Positions 1-13,610 of a stretch of 64,000 nt of DNA are shown here, in pieces; the stretch's first letter is position 1, and every line of letters starts with the position of its first letter. Source of the DNA: Curvularia clavata (taxonomy: Eukaryota); contig CP089277.1 of the NCBI GenBank assembly GCA_023920165.1, positions 744,001-808,000 on the forward strand, written 5' to 3'. A program made the position numbers and the translations under genes. The notes under the pieces were generated by a model. It was not told the origin of the DNA. It saw only the letters and a program-made list of their open reading frames with translations, and made no database searches.

Positions 1-804
1 CGGTTGTGCGCCCTTGCTCATAGCGGACGCGACGAGATAACCCCTCAGACCGCACTGATAATGCTAGCGGCCTAATCGTAGACCACGACGTACACAGTAA
101 GCTTCGCGGGCGAACCGGATGTCTCACGGTCATATCGCGGCCGTGATCATAACTTTGCTGGACAGTCCATGAAGCCACTTCTAAGCTCGCCTAGGCTCGG
201 CCGTCAGCACCGTTTACCTCTGAGGCATGGAGGGCTTCGCTAGCGCGCTACCCCGGATTATACGGTCTTTGCGTTTTCGCCTACGGTCGAGTCGAATCTC
301 CCCCTGTGCCATCTCATCAGTGCACACTAACAACGTATATCGTGCCAAGCATCCGGAGTTTGATGAGACTTCACTCATTCGGGCAAGGCCAGCAGCGTCG
401 GAGCCGTTTCCTGCGTCGCACTTAGCGAGCAAGCCACGCTTCAAGACAAAGTGTACACTAGTGTCGCCGTCTTACCGCTCTAACGGCTGCGAGCTAGTTG
501 CTTACTAGCCATAGCCTCCCATCGCACATATGGGCTGCATAGCGGTTAGGCCGCAGCTCGAATCACATTGACCCTCTTAATCTGACAGTTTTCCTCTTCT
601 TATCCTCATCTCTTCTCACTCGCACCTTGAAGTTTGCATTTCCATCGGTATCATCCAACAGCCATCACGTTGTCTGTTTCGAGCAAACCCCCAATCCGAC
701 GACATAACTTCGCAACATCTGCCATTCAAGTATCATTTCTCATAGGAGGGGCTGGTACCATAGAAGAGCTGGAATATAAAGACGACTACTTAGAACAGAA
801 CGAT

Positions 805-1179
805 ATGTACTTCGCTCCCAGACCGGACCTCAAAGCCACAGCTCGTAGCCGACCTCTACTCACAACGCTGCTCATCTTCTCGTGTATTCTGGTCTTCTTT
901 TATCAGCTCGTACCATCTTTTACCGAGGCGACGGACGAAATTGTTGGTCTAGTCACAGTTCATTTCAGCTTGCGTCCAGCGGGGAGCGATACTTGTACGA
1001 CGGAAGTTGGCAGCGCTCAATGCTGCGGTCTATTCCTCGCCGCCACCCCTTGCTTAGAGGAATGCAGGAAACAACATGTCGACCGAGAGACATTATCGCT
1101 CACCCTCGAATACGATGAATGCGCAAGTCAGTGCTTGGCCGAGTATCACGCAGCATGTCCTGGCAGTGCGGGCAGATAA
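805..1179 (+). CDS. Small hypothetical protein: N-terminal hydrophobic anchor plus Cys-rich C-terminal domain
   Basis: ATG at 805 in the frame of ORF 634..1179; hydrophobic stretch LLTTLLIFSCILVFFYQLV followed by eight Cys (CTTEVGSAQCC...CLEEC...CASQC...C). Confidence 0.55.
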   Translation: MYFAPRPDLKATARSRPLLTTLLIFSCILVFFYQLVPSFTEATDEIVGLVTVHFSLRPAGSDTCTTEVGSAQCCGLFLAATPCLEECRKQHVDRETLSLTLEYDECASQCLAEYHAACPGSAGR

Positions 1180-2288
1180 AGCAAGCAAAGCTGGGAGCAG
1201 ATGAAGAGAACCACACATCTCCTTTCAGGAGGAACCAACATAACCTGATTCCCTATGTCAACCTTGAACAACACGACACAACTCAGTCAGGCCCCCATAT
1301 ACACACGGCAAGGGAGGCGGTGCAAAGTGGGGGCCAAGACTGCGGTGCAGTGGTGACCGGTTAAACCGGCACGTGCTTGTGGCTGGGCGACCCGTAACCG
1401 AGCCGATTCCGCCCATACGAACATTTTCACTAGGAGATTGTAATTACTTCCAGGGGAAGGATTTGTTCCGTTGTTGTAGTAATGACAAGACCATTGGCGT
1501 CGCGCAACGGAGGTACCGGAACGTCCGAGACAGGAAGGCCATATTTGTACCAACATCATAATGATTATGGTAGTGGAGGCAACTTCGGACAAACGGCACA
1601 GGGTCTGCGTGTAATTTGCTTTTTGCTTTTTGGAAGGCAGAAATTATCCAAATGTTCTTGGTGGGGTAAAGAACGAAAGCTCAAGCAAGGATCATGACCA
1701 ACAGAGAAAAAGGGGTGACGGAGAGCCTCATTATGGCTTCTTCCGCTTACCAAAGCCGTCGCTGGGGATCTGCACGGCAAGGAGAAATGACAATCGTGTT
1801 ACCGCAACAGATACGGATCTTACGTTAGATTTCTTATGGGAGAATTTTACAATGGCTGATGATCTTGATAATTTGCTTGAACAATGCAGGGATTTTCAAC
1901 ACGTTGCGACACTTACATGATAAATGATCCCTAGCCTATCTACTAGACACTATAAAGGAAGCTCCGTCGCAGTACTGATTGATACAAGGATATTCACCTA
2001 GGGCTGAATGACGGAGAAAGTAGCGTTTCACCTTCCATTCACGCTAGGGGTCCGTTTGCAGCCGAGTCCCGAGTACCTGGATACCACCGTAGTTTCGTCT
2101 ATCTTGTCTGTTTAAACCATGTATACCCCAAAGAGTCTTACCGCGACAGGGATTTGGCCTAGCATGAACCCGGTCCTATTAGTACCGATTTCCTGTCATC
2201 GATACCCGCTGTTGGATACTTGCATATTTTCTATTGAACGTGCAGCTATTCTACCAGTAAGAACCGTGAGGCCAAGCACACATTCACA

Positions 2289-3472
2289 TCACAACTTGAA
2301 GTTGGTTCCAACGAGCTTCTCACTCAAGCTCCATAGCTTCTCAGCCAGCTTTGGATCCGTTGCATACGGCATTGCATCACTGATTTGGCAATCGTGAAGC
2401 AATATTCCTTTCGAGTCTAATTAGATGTCAGCCTTCACAATCTCCTTTGAAATGTCAGTGAACTCCAAATACCATTCAAAGCCGGATCGAGCGCTGCAAC
2501 CAGCACTGTCGCAGCACCCTGATCAAGGTTCTTCCAAAATTTACTCGTCTTTTCTATCGCCGCTGTGGCCTCAGGATCAAGATCGCGACTGAGACCGGTC
2601 CATATCGCTATGATAACGTTAGAATAAACGAGCTTCAGATTTGAGAGAATTCTGTTCTTACATCCGGGATGTACGGCGTAGCTGCTTATGCCTTTACTTC
2701 CCAGCTTGCTATTGATACCTACGGAAAACAAGATATTTGCTGACTTGGCTTGGCCATAGGCCACGAATCCGTTGTATCCATTGTCGCTTGCAACGCCGGA
2801 AAACATGGGGTGAAACGGTGCGTGTCGCTCTTCTTCCGGCACTTCATCGTTGCTTTTCTCTAGATTGTAGTCGGAGAAGCGGACGGGACTCAAGCGGTGC
2901 CCAAGCGAAGTGAGGTTGATAACTCGTGTAGCTCCTGGTGTTGATGATTCTGCTGCTGATTTGAGAAGCTGGGGTAGGAGAGCGTTGGTGAGGAGAAAGT
3001 GGCCAAGGTGGTTGGCGCCGAACTGGCCTTCAATACCCTCCTTGGTTGTCTGGCGAGTCTGGGTCATGAGGCCGGCGTTGTTAATGATCAGGTCCAGGCG
3101 ATCTGTTAGTTGTGACACTTCTGCTGCTGCTTTCCTGACGGAATCTTGCGACATCAAATCGAGTATTACGATTTTGATCGTGACTTCGGGGTAGGCATCT
3201 CGCAAACTCTGGTGTACTTGCTCAAGCTTGGATTTGGTGCGCGAGGCGAGTATCAAAAGGGCGGGTCCTTGGGAAGCGATGGAGAGAGCAATCGAAGAGC
3301 CAATGCTTTCAGGAGATACACCAGTAATGAGCACTGTTAGCGTTTCAGTTTAAGTCTTCAGTTGCAATCCAATGAAAATACCATTCTTCCCACGGATCTG
3401 AGCTGCGAAGGCTTTGGCAACCTCCAGCCCGCCCGTTTCCTGATTCCATTCCGAATGTGTTAAGGTTGCCAT
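2289..3472 (-). CDS. Short-chain dehydrogenase/reductase (retinol dehydrogenase/WWOX-like subgroup), spliced
   Basis: Exon 1 MATLTHSEW...IRGKN joined to VLITGVSPESIG (Rossmann); INNAG; NHLGHFLLT; catalytic YGQAK; VHPG; last exon ...AEKLWSLSEKLVGTNFKL* ending at 2289. Confidence 0.9.
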
Positions 3473-3737
3473 GTCACATGCAATACGAATTTTAGAGCCA
3501 ATGAAGACCTGAAAGTCTGATGTCAACGTTGCATTGTTTGCTACACGTCCTCACTTCAATGCCCGACTTGTACTGTGTTAGCATTGCGCCACGCCTTCAT
3601 TGTGGAGTCATGTTTCCCGACTGCCGTATTCATCCACCTTGACATGTAACTCAGGATTATTCCCGCAGTTGCTTAGCGTCTCGATGCAGTAGCGGATATC
3701 AGCTGAAATAGGAACAATGCATAGCCGAAACAGAGTT

Positions 3738-3776
3738 GCGGGGTAAAGTCGTGGGGAAGCTGATACGGATGTGGGG
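3738..3776. promoter_or_regulatory. Three clustered CreA/Mig1-type SYGGRG sites in the divergent SDR/monooxygenase promoter
   Basis: gcgggg (3738), gtgggg (3751), gtgggg (3771) within 40 bp; consensus match only. Confidence 0.35.
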
Positions 3777-4202
3777 CATAAGTAGACATTCCCTGAATTG
3801 TTACCCCAATATCTGCTCAACGCATGCACGTACTTGTACAACGTTTGTAATCTGCCGATCACAATGGGACGCTTCCCGATGTATCTCTTTAGCCTCTTTG
3901 CTACGGAATTAACAGGCCGCGGATGAACATGCAGTAAGTTACGCCACGACCCACGCCAGCGTCATCTGGTCATCGGATGCATATCGCCTGGGTCAGGTTA
4001 TCCAATTCAAAACAGTATGCTAGGTAATCGGGAGGTGGAGGTTTGTGTAGCCCCACGCTTATGGAGTTGAGTTCGGCTACCGGTAGAGCATCTTTGGTTT
4101 CTGGTACTTCCATGAATAATTCTGTCGTGTGGTTTCTAGGTATGCTCTTGTTGATCACCAATGCCACTTCGTGCACGAATTGACAATAGCAAGCTGCCTA
4201 AA

Positions 4203-5660
4203 ATGTCCTCTCTAGAGATGAACGGCAACGGGTCTCAGAACAATGGTGCAGCTCCAAAAACAGGCATCAAAGTTATCATTGTTGGCGCAGGTACGTACTC
4301 AATCACAAAATCAACTGAGACGGCTTGCTAACGAGATCACCCAGGTTTTGGTGGCCTCGCCACAGCCATTGAATGTATTCGCCACGGCCATACACCCATT
4401 ATATACGAATCATTCCCTTCGCTCAAAATACTTGGCGACATAATCACTTTTGGGCCCAATGCGGGTCGCATTTTCGCACGCTGGGATGGTGGTCGTGTTG
4501 CGCGCGAGATGCGCAAGATATCCATCGACTTGACCAACTACGGCTTCAACATACACAAGTGGGATACAGGAGAGATAGTGGTCAACCAAAAGACACCACC
4601 CCGTGATGAGACAGCCCCCAACTTTAACGGGCACAGGGGCGAGCTCCATGAGATTGTCTTCAATTATGCAAAGGAGATTGGAGTTGAGATCAACTTGGGA
4701 CACAGAGTCGAGCAGTACTGGGAGGATGACAATCAAGCTGGTATTGTGCTCGAGGATGGGACAAAGATTGTTGGTGATGTGGTTGTGGCAAGCGATGGAG
4801 TGAGAAGCAAAGCCAGGACCTTGGTTCTTGGATATGAGGATAAGCCGAAGAGCAGTGGGTATGCAGTTTGGAGAGCGTGGTTCTCAAACAAAGATATGAT
4901 CACGGACCCAGAAACTAAGCAATTTTGCGAAAACGGCGACACATTCAATGGCTGGATCGGTACGTCTTTTACCTCTCTCGACGATTATTCCAAATCGCTT
5001 GGAGATTCATGAACACTGACATGAAGAGTAGGCCCGGACGTACACTTCCTCTTTAGCACCATCAAGAATGGTACAGACTGCTGCTGGGTGTTGACACACC
5101 GAGACTCACACGACATTGAGGAGTCTTGGTCTTTCCCTGGCTATCTCAAAGACGTACGCAATGTCCTCGAAGGCTGGGACCCCATGTGTTGGAAGATCGT
5201 TTCCAAGACACCCGAAGAGAGGCTAGTAGACTGGAAACTTGTCTATCGAGACCCATTACCTAACTGGGTCTCTGGCTATGGGTCTGCACCTGGCCATGGT
5301 CGCATATGTCTGCTAGGAGACGCCGCACACCCATTTTTGCCGACGAGTGCACAGGGCGCGACTCAGGCTTTGGAAGATGCCGTGACAATTGCAGTTCTAC
5401 TGAAGAAAGCAGGTAAGGAGAATGTGCCAAAAGCTTTGAGGGCCTACCAAGATGTACGGTATGAGCGTGTCAAGGCGGTGCAGAAAACTGGTGAGACGAC
5501 AAGAGATATGTGGCATAAGACGGATTGGGAAAAGGTGAAGAAGGATCCTACCATCATACAGTTCCCAAGGGAAGACTGGATATTCCTGCATGATGCTCAG
5601 AAGCATGCGGAAGAGGTGGGTGACGAAGCAATCAAGAAGGCCGGGGGCGTCATCGCATAG
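4203..5660 (+). CDS. FAD-dependent monooxygenase (salicylate hydroxylase-like, group A), 2 introns
   Basis: MSSLEMNG...VIIVGAG|FGGLATAIEC (GxGxxG split by intron ~4291-4343); DG motif VASDGVRS; GD motif LLGDAAHPFLPTSAQGATQALEDA. Confidence 0.92.
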
Positions 5661-6071
5661 ATTAGTATCATTTCCGTAGAATTTGAGAGATAACATATCT
5701 CATTCTATTATACTCCCAGATGATTTTCACGGAATTTTTATGTTATTAAGAGCAAGATGCATTGGTTGACTATACGACTGGAGTGAGATATATCTACCCC
5801 AAATGGGGTGGCTGGCAAGGTGGCTGGGAGCTGTTTCAGCTTTCCGTCTTTCCGAGTCTCAACACATGTCTTCTAATTTCCCAGCTGCGGTTATCACTTG
5901 CTGAAAGAATTGGCTTCGCGGATAATAAGTGAAATTTCTGTGTTACGGACATGTTGCATTGCGACAAAAACAGCGATCAAGTATTTCAAAAATAACAATC
6001 AAGTGCAATTCAGTAGCGACATGTTCATAACATCATTACCATCCTTGTCATCTTCCTAGTTCAGCCGTTAC

Positions 6072-7872
6072 TCAGCCGCTCTTCTCAACACTGACAATCT
6101 CTTGATGTACAACTTCATCCTTTTCACTCATGCTGCCTTTGCTGTTGTCCTCTCCATCAGCTGCAACATGTCCAACGCAGACATATTTCCTGAACTTGCG
6201 AGCTGGGAGTCTGGCTTCGAACATCTCGTCAATCTCCTCGAGTGTGCGATTTTTGATCTCTGGAAGGTAAAGGTAGACCCAGAGGGCAGTGATGAAGCAA
6301 GATGGTGCCCAAATCCAACCTTGATAAGACAGTTAGCATTAATTTAGAAGACGGTCGAGAGAATGGATTGAGGGATTTGAAGTAAGCACATACCATATTC
6401 TGGACCCCAGTTGAGAGACTCGGGGTTGATAAAATAAGGTGCGGTAAAGGTTGCCAGCCAAGCCCCGGCAAAGGCAACAGCAGAGGCGATGCCGAAAGTG
6501 TAAGAACGCAAGCGCTGGGAGGGAATCTCTCCGCCGGAAAGCCAGGCGTAAGCGGATATCATGCCGTTGTATCCACAGATATAGACTACTGAGAGTCCAA
6601 CAATGACCTCGTTTGTGTTAGCATGCAACTGAAGAGCGCTCAAGAAGGAGAGAATTACCTTTCCGGTAGTTGTTGTGCCAGGGTTGGCGTGGTAAACAGC
6701 TGCGATGATGATCTGGGTCACACCGCAGATCAATAGGCCAGTGACGAGGAAAACGCGTCGGCGTCCGATCTTAGAGATAACACAGCTATTGACCGTGATT
6801 ACGAGAACACCGACGGCGGTCAAGATGCATGTATTCATAAAGGGACTTCCGACGTTTGCCATCTGCCCAAGGGTCAGGTAGGTACTCACGCAAGACTTAG
6901 ATTTTTATAACTTACTTGGAAGAAGTACGTTCCGTATGCAATCATAAACATAGCACCAGAGGCAGCCTGGGTTGAGATTGCTGCGATGGAAAGCAGTGTA
7001 CGTCGACGATCGACCGGATCTTTCCAGATGTCCATGAAGTTTGCGCTATTCTTGGCCGCCTTCTCCGCGTCAATAGCTGCTTGGATCTCGGCAATCTCAT
7101 CGGCCACACTCTCCGGGTGCGGACGCATCCACAGGAGAGCTTTCTCAGCTTGTTCTTTCTTCTCAACCAGAATGAGCCATCTTGGTGACTCGGGAATGAA
7201 GAAAAGCCCAATCGACATCACGAATGGAACTATGAAGATCGTTCCGAGTGGGATAATGTACGAGTTACGGCCATTGATATCATGTGTTGCATTATCGATG
7301 ACGGTACCGATCAGGGTACCTATCGAAGTCCATATCTGGAAGACGGAGATCATCAGACCACGGTAGCGAGCTGGTGAGGATTCCTGGTAAGAAGGTTAGC
7401 AAAGCCAGGTGGTTACAAGTGATCTGTTTGGTCATGGACTTGCCTGGATATACAACTGTGAGAATACCATATACCACCCGTTAGCAATACCAATCAGCAG
7501 TCTTCCTATGTAAAGACCAGCTATGTTTGTCGTGGTCATCATGACAATGTTACTGATACAGCAAAGTGCGCTGGCCAACCACAAGCAGTGGCGTCTTCCG
7601 AGTTTCGTTGCTCCCACTCCTGCGCACGACGAGCTCAGAAATGCACCCAAAGTCATCAAAGAGGAGATGAGCTGCTGGCGATCAGTTGAGATGTTGTAGC
7701 CGGTTGGACTAGCAGGATCAGGATGTCCAAAGACTTGTAGGAATCCACGCATGGCTTGGAGTCCACCGATGGCACCAAAGTCGATGCCGTACTGAAAGGG
7801 TGACATCGACACTAGGGTACATGCTACGAGGCATTTCCAGTTTGAAAGCAGGCTGCTGTTAAGGTCGGGCAT
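6072..7872 (-). CDS. MFS sugar porter (maltose/alpha-glucoside permease-like), multi-exon
   Basis: YGIDFG, GRR loops, PESPRWL, and C-terminal LPEIKNRTLEEIDEMF motif; stop at 6072 after ...VEKSG. Confidence 0.93.
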
Positions 7873-8976
7873 GTTGTTAGCTTTTGCGGAGTGCCGTGCA
7901 GGGAGGCAGAACAGGAAGAAGACGAAGATCACTTTCAGCGGTGCAAATATTCTGATAGATAGAGGGGTTGGCTATTGATAAACTCTTAGTTTTGAGATAG
8001 CAAGGATCTCCATCATCCCGGCTTTATGTACAAGCCTTTATCCGTGTGTCCATCTTAATTCGCAGTGGTTGCCAATGGCGGCTGTTGGAGCCTGGCCCAC
8101 TTTGCCGTAGACTTGATTCGAACAAGCTCTTGGTTCCTCAGCTCGTAATGTTGATTCGTTTCACTAAATGCTTTCCTTTTCTTCTCTTTCCAGCATGCTG
8201 TGAAATTTAGTCAACATGAAACTTTCCAACTTCTAGATTCTGATCCAGCAACATGGATGTCTTGTTGATTTTCTTTATGCACATGTCTCTCATAATGGGA
8301 CATGTTTCCAGAGAAGCTTTGTCCTTGATTTTCGCGACATACACTACTTAGCCCCAAAAAATGTCTGAATCAGAAAACAAGGAGTTCGGCCACCTTTCCT
8401 CAGCCGACCTGTTCCATGATGGACCAGACGCGCATCGGAGATATGCTACCGTCGTTGGGATGGTGTGGGGTAGCACTTGCTGCGAAGTGGCGTTGATGAC
8501 TGCCGCCCGCCAGCATGTGTCATGCGGCCAATGAACTATACCTACTCCCCAATACCTCTCGGGAATGCGGGGAATTACATGCGCTTGCATAAATACAGTT
8601 ACATGCCCTGGACGGCAGATGTTAAGAGTTAGGGTAGTTGAGCGGGAAACAAGGTTGCGTGGCGGGTGTACACGCGAGTTTGTGGGGCACACTAACAACT
8701 CCTTTATTAGTCGGAATTGGGGTAATAGCCGTTGGCCGATACGCAACTCTACAGTCATGTGTCCCACTTACAGGGGCGACTGACTCCGGCTGTGGAAGTC
8801 AGGATTATCAGCACCGCACGCATCGTGTCTTTGCAGATCAATTGGTTATGTGGTGGAAATCCCAAAGCGTATGGTAGCACTCTAATTATTCCTGAGTTTA
8901 TCTATCTCAACCTGAAGTTTGAATCATTTCCAAAGTTTGAAAATATCAAAAAAAGGCAGCACGGATAGAGGTTTCT

Positions 8977-10446
8977 TCAAGAATCCCTAATAGCGCCGCT
9001 GTTGATTGATGAAATCGTACTCAAGAAACAATCTCTCATCCAATCCTTCCCCCACCACCCGTCATGGTTATCGTAAACCAGAGGCATGCCTTCCCTGATG
9101 TCCCAAGTAATGTGTACCCAGTCCCAGGACGATATGTCCTCCGTTTGTATGATTTCGTCAAGGTTTGAATGCAATACCTCATCTGGAACCACAATGAAGG
9201 ACAAGGTGCTGGCTACTAGCATAGTCCTTCGATGAAGGTATAGCCAATTTGACAAGTAGTAGTTCACGTTCGAGTTGGCCAGAGCGTAGAAGAAGGCACG
9301 AAGAGTGTTTGGGTAGTGGAAGTTGGTATGTTCAAGGATAAGACGGCGCAAAGTGGGGGAGTGCGCCTTAATGATCTGGTCGAGCGTGGGTGCTGATTTG
9401 CTTGTAGTGAGTCCGTCAATTTCGAGTATCTCGAGGCGAAAGGGCGGGTCGACACCAAGTTGATGAAGTAAAGGCGCCCATTTCTCGCTACTCACGCGGT
9501 AATTCTTATCGACGTTTGGGCCTGACCGTACACGAAGAATCTTGAGGTTCGTGCTTCTCTCGGTAATTTTGACGAGGGTTGACAAACACCTGGTGTCATC
9601 CTGCGGAAACATTTCTAGCTGCAAGTCCAGGGTGTTTAAATGTCGAAGAGTTGGGACATAAGCCATCTCTTCGAGTATTGTTCTTGCCGACGCCAGGTTT
9701 GATTGCCATTCTGACTTCGCGAAACCTACTACCCTGAACCTCTCGAGGCATGGCAGCGCCACCTGTATGCGACGTACGAGTTGGGAGATGAAATCGCGTA
9801 CCTGCCACGCGTCGTCATTACTCTGAACGTCTTCGAGATTTGTACGCAACAAGCCGTTGTCACGTATGCCAAAGCCATGCAGAAACGAGGATCGTGGTAT
9901 ATAAACCCCCTCTTGTGTGTAGATGAAGCCGCTAGGTGCACGAATCGTAATTGCCCGCAGTTTAGGTGCCTGGCGTACCACGCTCTCAACAACGGCAAAG
10001 AACTTCGCTTCGTTGAGAAGGCTGGTTGCACGAAGCTCTCCGGGTTCCGGAAATAGTTTTTCGGCGGGTCGTTTGACGCGACATTGAAGGTCAAGGCGAA
10101 AATCCATCGTGCGTATATGTTTGAGGAAACGTGGGGCGCGAAGTCTTTCGAGACGATTGACGCTGCGGTTGGTGATCTTGCAGACCCGGTACTCGAAATG
10201 GGCTTCGGCCTGTGAGAGCTGTCAGTAGATATATATTTGGCTCGAGCAAAGAGTAGTTACAAAGGCGGGATCTATATTGTGCGTGATGTAGCGGTTATAC
10301 ACTTCGCGAAACTGTCGTAGTTCCTTGTTCGTCATTTCTCGAGCGATCATACATAGTATCTCACCGGGCAGCCCATCTAATTTAGGGCTGGTCCTGGTTG
10401 CTTCTTCTCTCTCTTCGAGAGCGACATCAGCAATGACTAAGTCCAT
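8977..10446 (-). CDS. Putative F-box-domain protein with LRR-like C-terminal region
   Basis: Exon 1 LDGLPGEILCMIAREMTNKELRQFREV (F-box-like), intron ~10212-10261, then the 376-aa ORF with LxxLxL repeats (LRHLNTLDL, LKILRV, LEILEI, LRRLIL). Confidence 0.65.
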
Positions 10447-11294
10447 CTATAAGAATCGTGTAGTTGCAGCGGCTCACTCGCAAGCCTCGAGTGTTGAAGA
10501 ACAGCTTAATCCCTTTTTTGTGTGTGCGTTGGGAATCACGTTTGTTATAGCGATAAACTCGACCACGGTTCTGCTGCGACCTGACATTGCGAGAACCTGC
10601 TAGTGGGCCAGTTTGAGACTCCACGTTTATCATTCAAGAAACACTCCCAGAATTCTCTCCGAGAGAACTGTTCTTGAGGAATGTTCCAGTGTTTCTATTT
10701 TATTGCTAATAGGGCGCTGCATAGAAGGAGTGGTCATATTGGATTATGTAAGTAAAAGCTGGTACATAGAGAATGCATGAACCCATAGAAACAAGCAAAG
10801 CAACAGCGTAGGTACGAACAACTCATCTTCTCAGTCGTATTGTAATGGTATAGTGCTGTGCGCCAAGGGCCAATAACACTAGGCGGGTGGTCCCCCTGTA
10901 GACGAACCCTAGTCGTGACGCTGGGTGAACCTGAAACAGTCTGCATGCAACCCACCAGAAAGGATTGGTGGTTTTAGCCTTAGGATGCATACTGATTTGC
11001 ACGACAAGGGGTAAACTTTACCCGGCATTCATGCCCCACCCCCGGAATGTGGGGTGAGCAACCTCGCACTAGTGAGTCTCCGCAAGAAGCTCCGCGGTGA
11101 AATGTACTTTTACTTTGCAGTCTGATATGACAAGAAATCCATAAACTAATCTTGGACGTGTTAGTCATCAAGTGGATTGTTCAACCTCTGCTGCAAGACG
11201 TAGCTTTCACTGATTTGCCATGGTGAACTATCTTCCAGCAGCTTGAGGATCCTCTCGAACTCCACAACAGGAGAATTATATATGAGATAGCAAC

Positions 11295-13080
11295 ATGGCA
11301 GTCGAGCAATTCTTTGAGGCGCTACCACTTCACTATCTACAGCATGGCATATCGAAGTTTGGCTTCGGCAATGTCGCCCTCGCGGTCTTCGCAACATCAT
11401 TACTCTGTATTCTCGCAGACTATGCCTGGATGCTGTATATGAGATCTAAGATGGTGAGATGACATCCTGAAGTATATGACGTTTGAGACTAACGTTGAGA
11501 AGCCTCCGGGACCTTTCCCTTACCCAATCGTTGGAAACACATTTCAACTACCCGACAATAAGCCATGGCTGTATTTCGAGGAGCTGTCAAAGAAACTTAA
11601 CACACCGCTGATCACATATTGGATCGGAAGAAATCCCACTGTATGGATCAATGATGCATGGGCAGCAAACGAGTTGCTCGAGAAAAGAGCTGGCATTTAT
11701 TGCTCGAGACCACGCATGTTGGTCTTTGCGGAGCTCGGCTCAGGTCAGAACAACCTTGTCAACCTCATTACTACAACCCCAGCTCAACGTGAGCGTTTTC
11801 GGATGCTGCGCAAGTTAACGCATCAAGGTGTTGGTATCCAGCAGGTGAAGAAGTATCGCAGCTTCCAGAACGATGAAAGTAAAGTCGTTGCTCTTGACCT
11901 GCTCCGCACCCCAGAGAAGTACGTGGAGCACTTTGAGCGATACGCGACGAGCGTGGTGTCCATCATTGGCTTCGGCAGACGAGTCGCAAGTTCAGAAGAT
12001 CCTATCATTACTGAGGTCATTGCGCTCATGCATCGCGCGGCCGATTTGAATGTGCCTGGTAAGAAATTTCCGATGTTGATGGAGACATTTCCTATGTTAG
12101 CTCGTGTGCCAACCGAGTATGCGCCATGGAAGCACGGAATGGGTTCAAAAAAGAAATCGCATCGCGGTCACGATTTTTTCTATTCATTGGCCAGCGAAGC
12201 AAACGAGAATCCAGGCCATGAAGACTGCTATGCAAAGATGTTGTTCAGAGAAAGAGAAAAGTACGGGTTGAAAAACCAGGAGATATCCTCTTTAGCTGGT
12301 AACCTGTTTGGTGCCGGATCGGATACTTCAAGTAGTACACTCATCACGGCGGTTCTCGCTATGCGCGCTTTTCCGGAGGCCCTACACGCTGCCTGGGAAG
12401 AATTGGATCGCGTCGTAGGGCCAGACCGAAGCCCATCGTTCGAAGACGATGCAAACTTACCCTACATACGTGCCTTTGTAAAAGAAGTGTTCCGTTGGCG
12501 ATCTGTAGCCATTATTGGCGGTCAACCTCACGCACCAGTACAAGACGACTACTACAAAGGTTATCTCATTCCACAGTCTACATGGGTGCAAGGCAATGTA
12601 TGGGCGATACATCACAATGAACGCGAGTTTCCGGAGCCAGATCGTTTCAACCCGAATCGGTTCTTGAAAGATCATCCAGATTCACGGCCTTTCCCTGGAG
12701 AGCGCGGATACATGACTTTTGGCTGGGGACGGCGAGTATGCTCGGGCCAAGCGCTTGCTGAGCAAGGAACCTGGTTGACAGTTGCACGGCTGATCTGGGG
12801 CTTCAAGATTGAGCCAGCACTAGATAGAAACGGAAAGCCTATTCCCGTCGACATATTCGATTACACGTAAGTCGCTCACAACCTTGGCTGATGACTCAAG
12901 TGCTGAAGAACACATAGCAATGGTCTCAACATGCGCCCAAATGTCTTCAAAGTAAGCATCAAGCCGCGAAGTGAGAGAATTCGCCAAACTATCGAACGTG
13001 AGGGCGAACAGGCGCTTGCAGATCTCCAGCCGTACGAAGGCGAAACGAAGTACCGCATGAGTACATTTTATCGGAAATAG
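11295..13080 (+). CDS. Cytochrome P450, 2 introns
   Basis: Upstream exon with membrane anchor (MAVEQ...VALAVFATSLLCILADYAWMLYMRSKM) spliced to PPGPFPYP; AGSDT I-helix; EVFR; PDRF; heme motif FGWGRRVCSG; last exon ends ...STFYRK*. Confidence 0.95.
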
Positions 13081-13610
13081 GTTACTTTAAGATTGAACGT
13101 GCCGCTCAAATCGGCTGGTGCAAAAGGAAAGAAATAGAAGCACGTCCAGAAAAGGCAAACATCCCAATTTCTGTGTCTCATGTTCCTATGCGACGGTTTG
13201 AATGGAACCAGGCCTCTTTTCTGTCCCGAGAGTTTTTAATACACCAAGAAATGCACACACGGCTATGTACATAACTTCATGTCTTCACCCTGTATTTTGT
13301 AATCACGTGCTTTCCATCGTGGAGGTACCACTCCTTCCCAGATGGAGCTTGTAACAGGTAGCCAGTGTGCTAATAGCAGCTTTGGAATGCACTAAGTTGG
13401 CTGGAATCCCTGCTGCTTATGCTTCTCTCAGATCATACCCCCTCGCATAATACAAGTCCTCACGGTTAACCTTTCAAAAGCATTTCATTTCCTGTGCTGG
13501 TACTAGATCAAAGGACATCCATTTTCGGACGTAGGCAGGAAAACACTGCAAATCCCAGATAAGACGTATGACGCAGATTTTTTCTCGAGATCTTCCGAGG
13601 GAGCAAGCTT

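Noticed and set aside
8340..8900. Short ORFs between the transporter and F-box-like gene
   Set aside because: No consistent frame or motif recognised
11476..11510. Apparent soluble P450 lacking a membrane anchor
   Set aside because: The ORF-track ATG lies in an intron; an upstream exon from 11295 supplies the anchor
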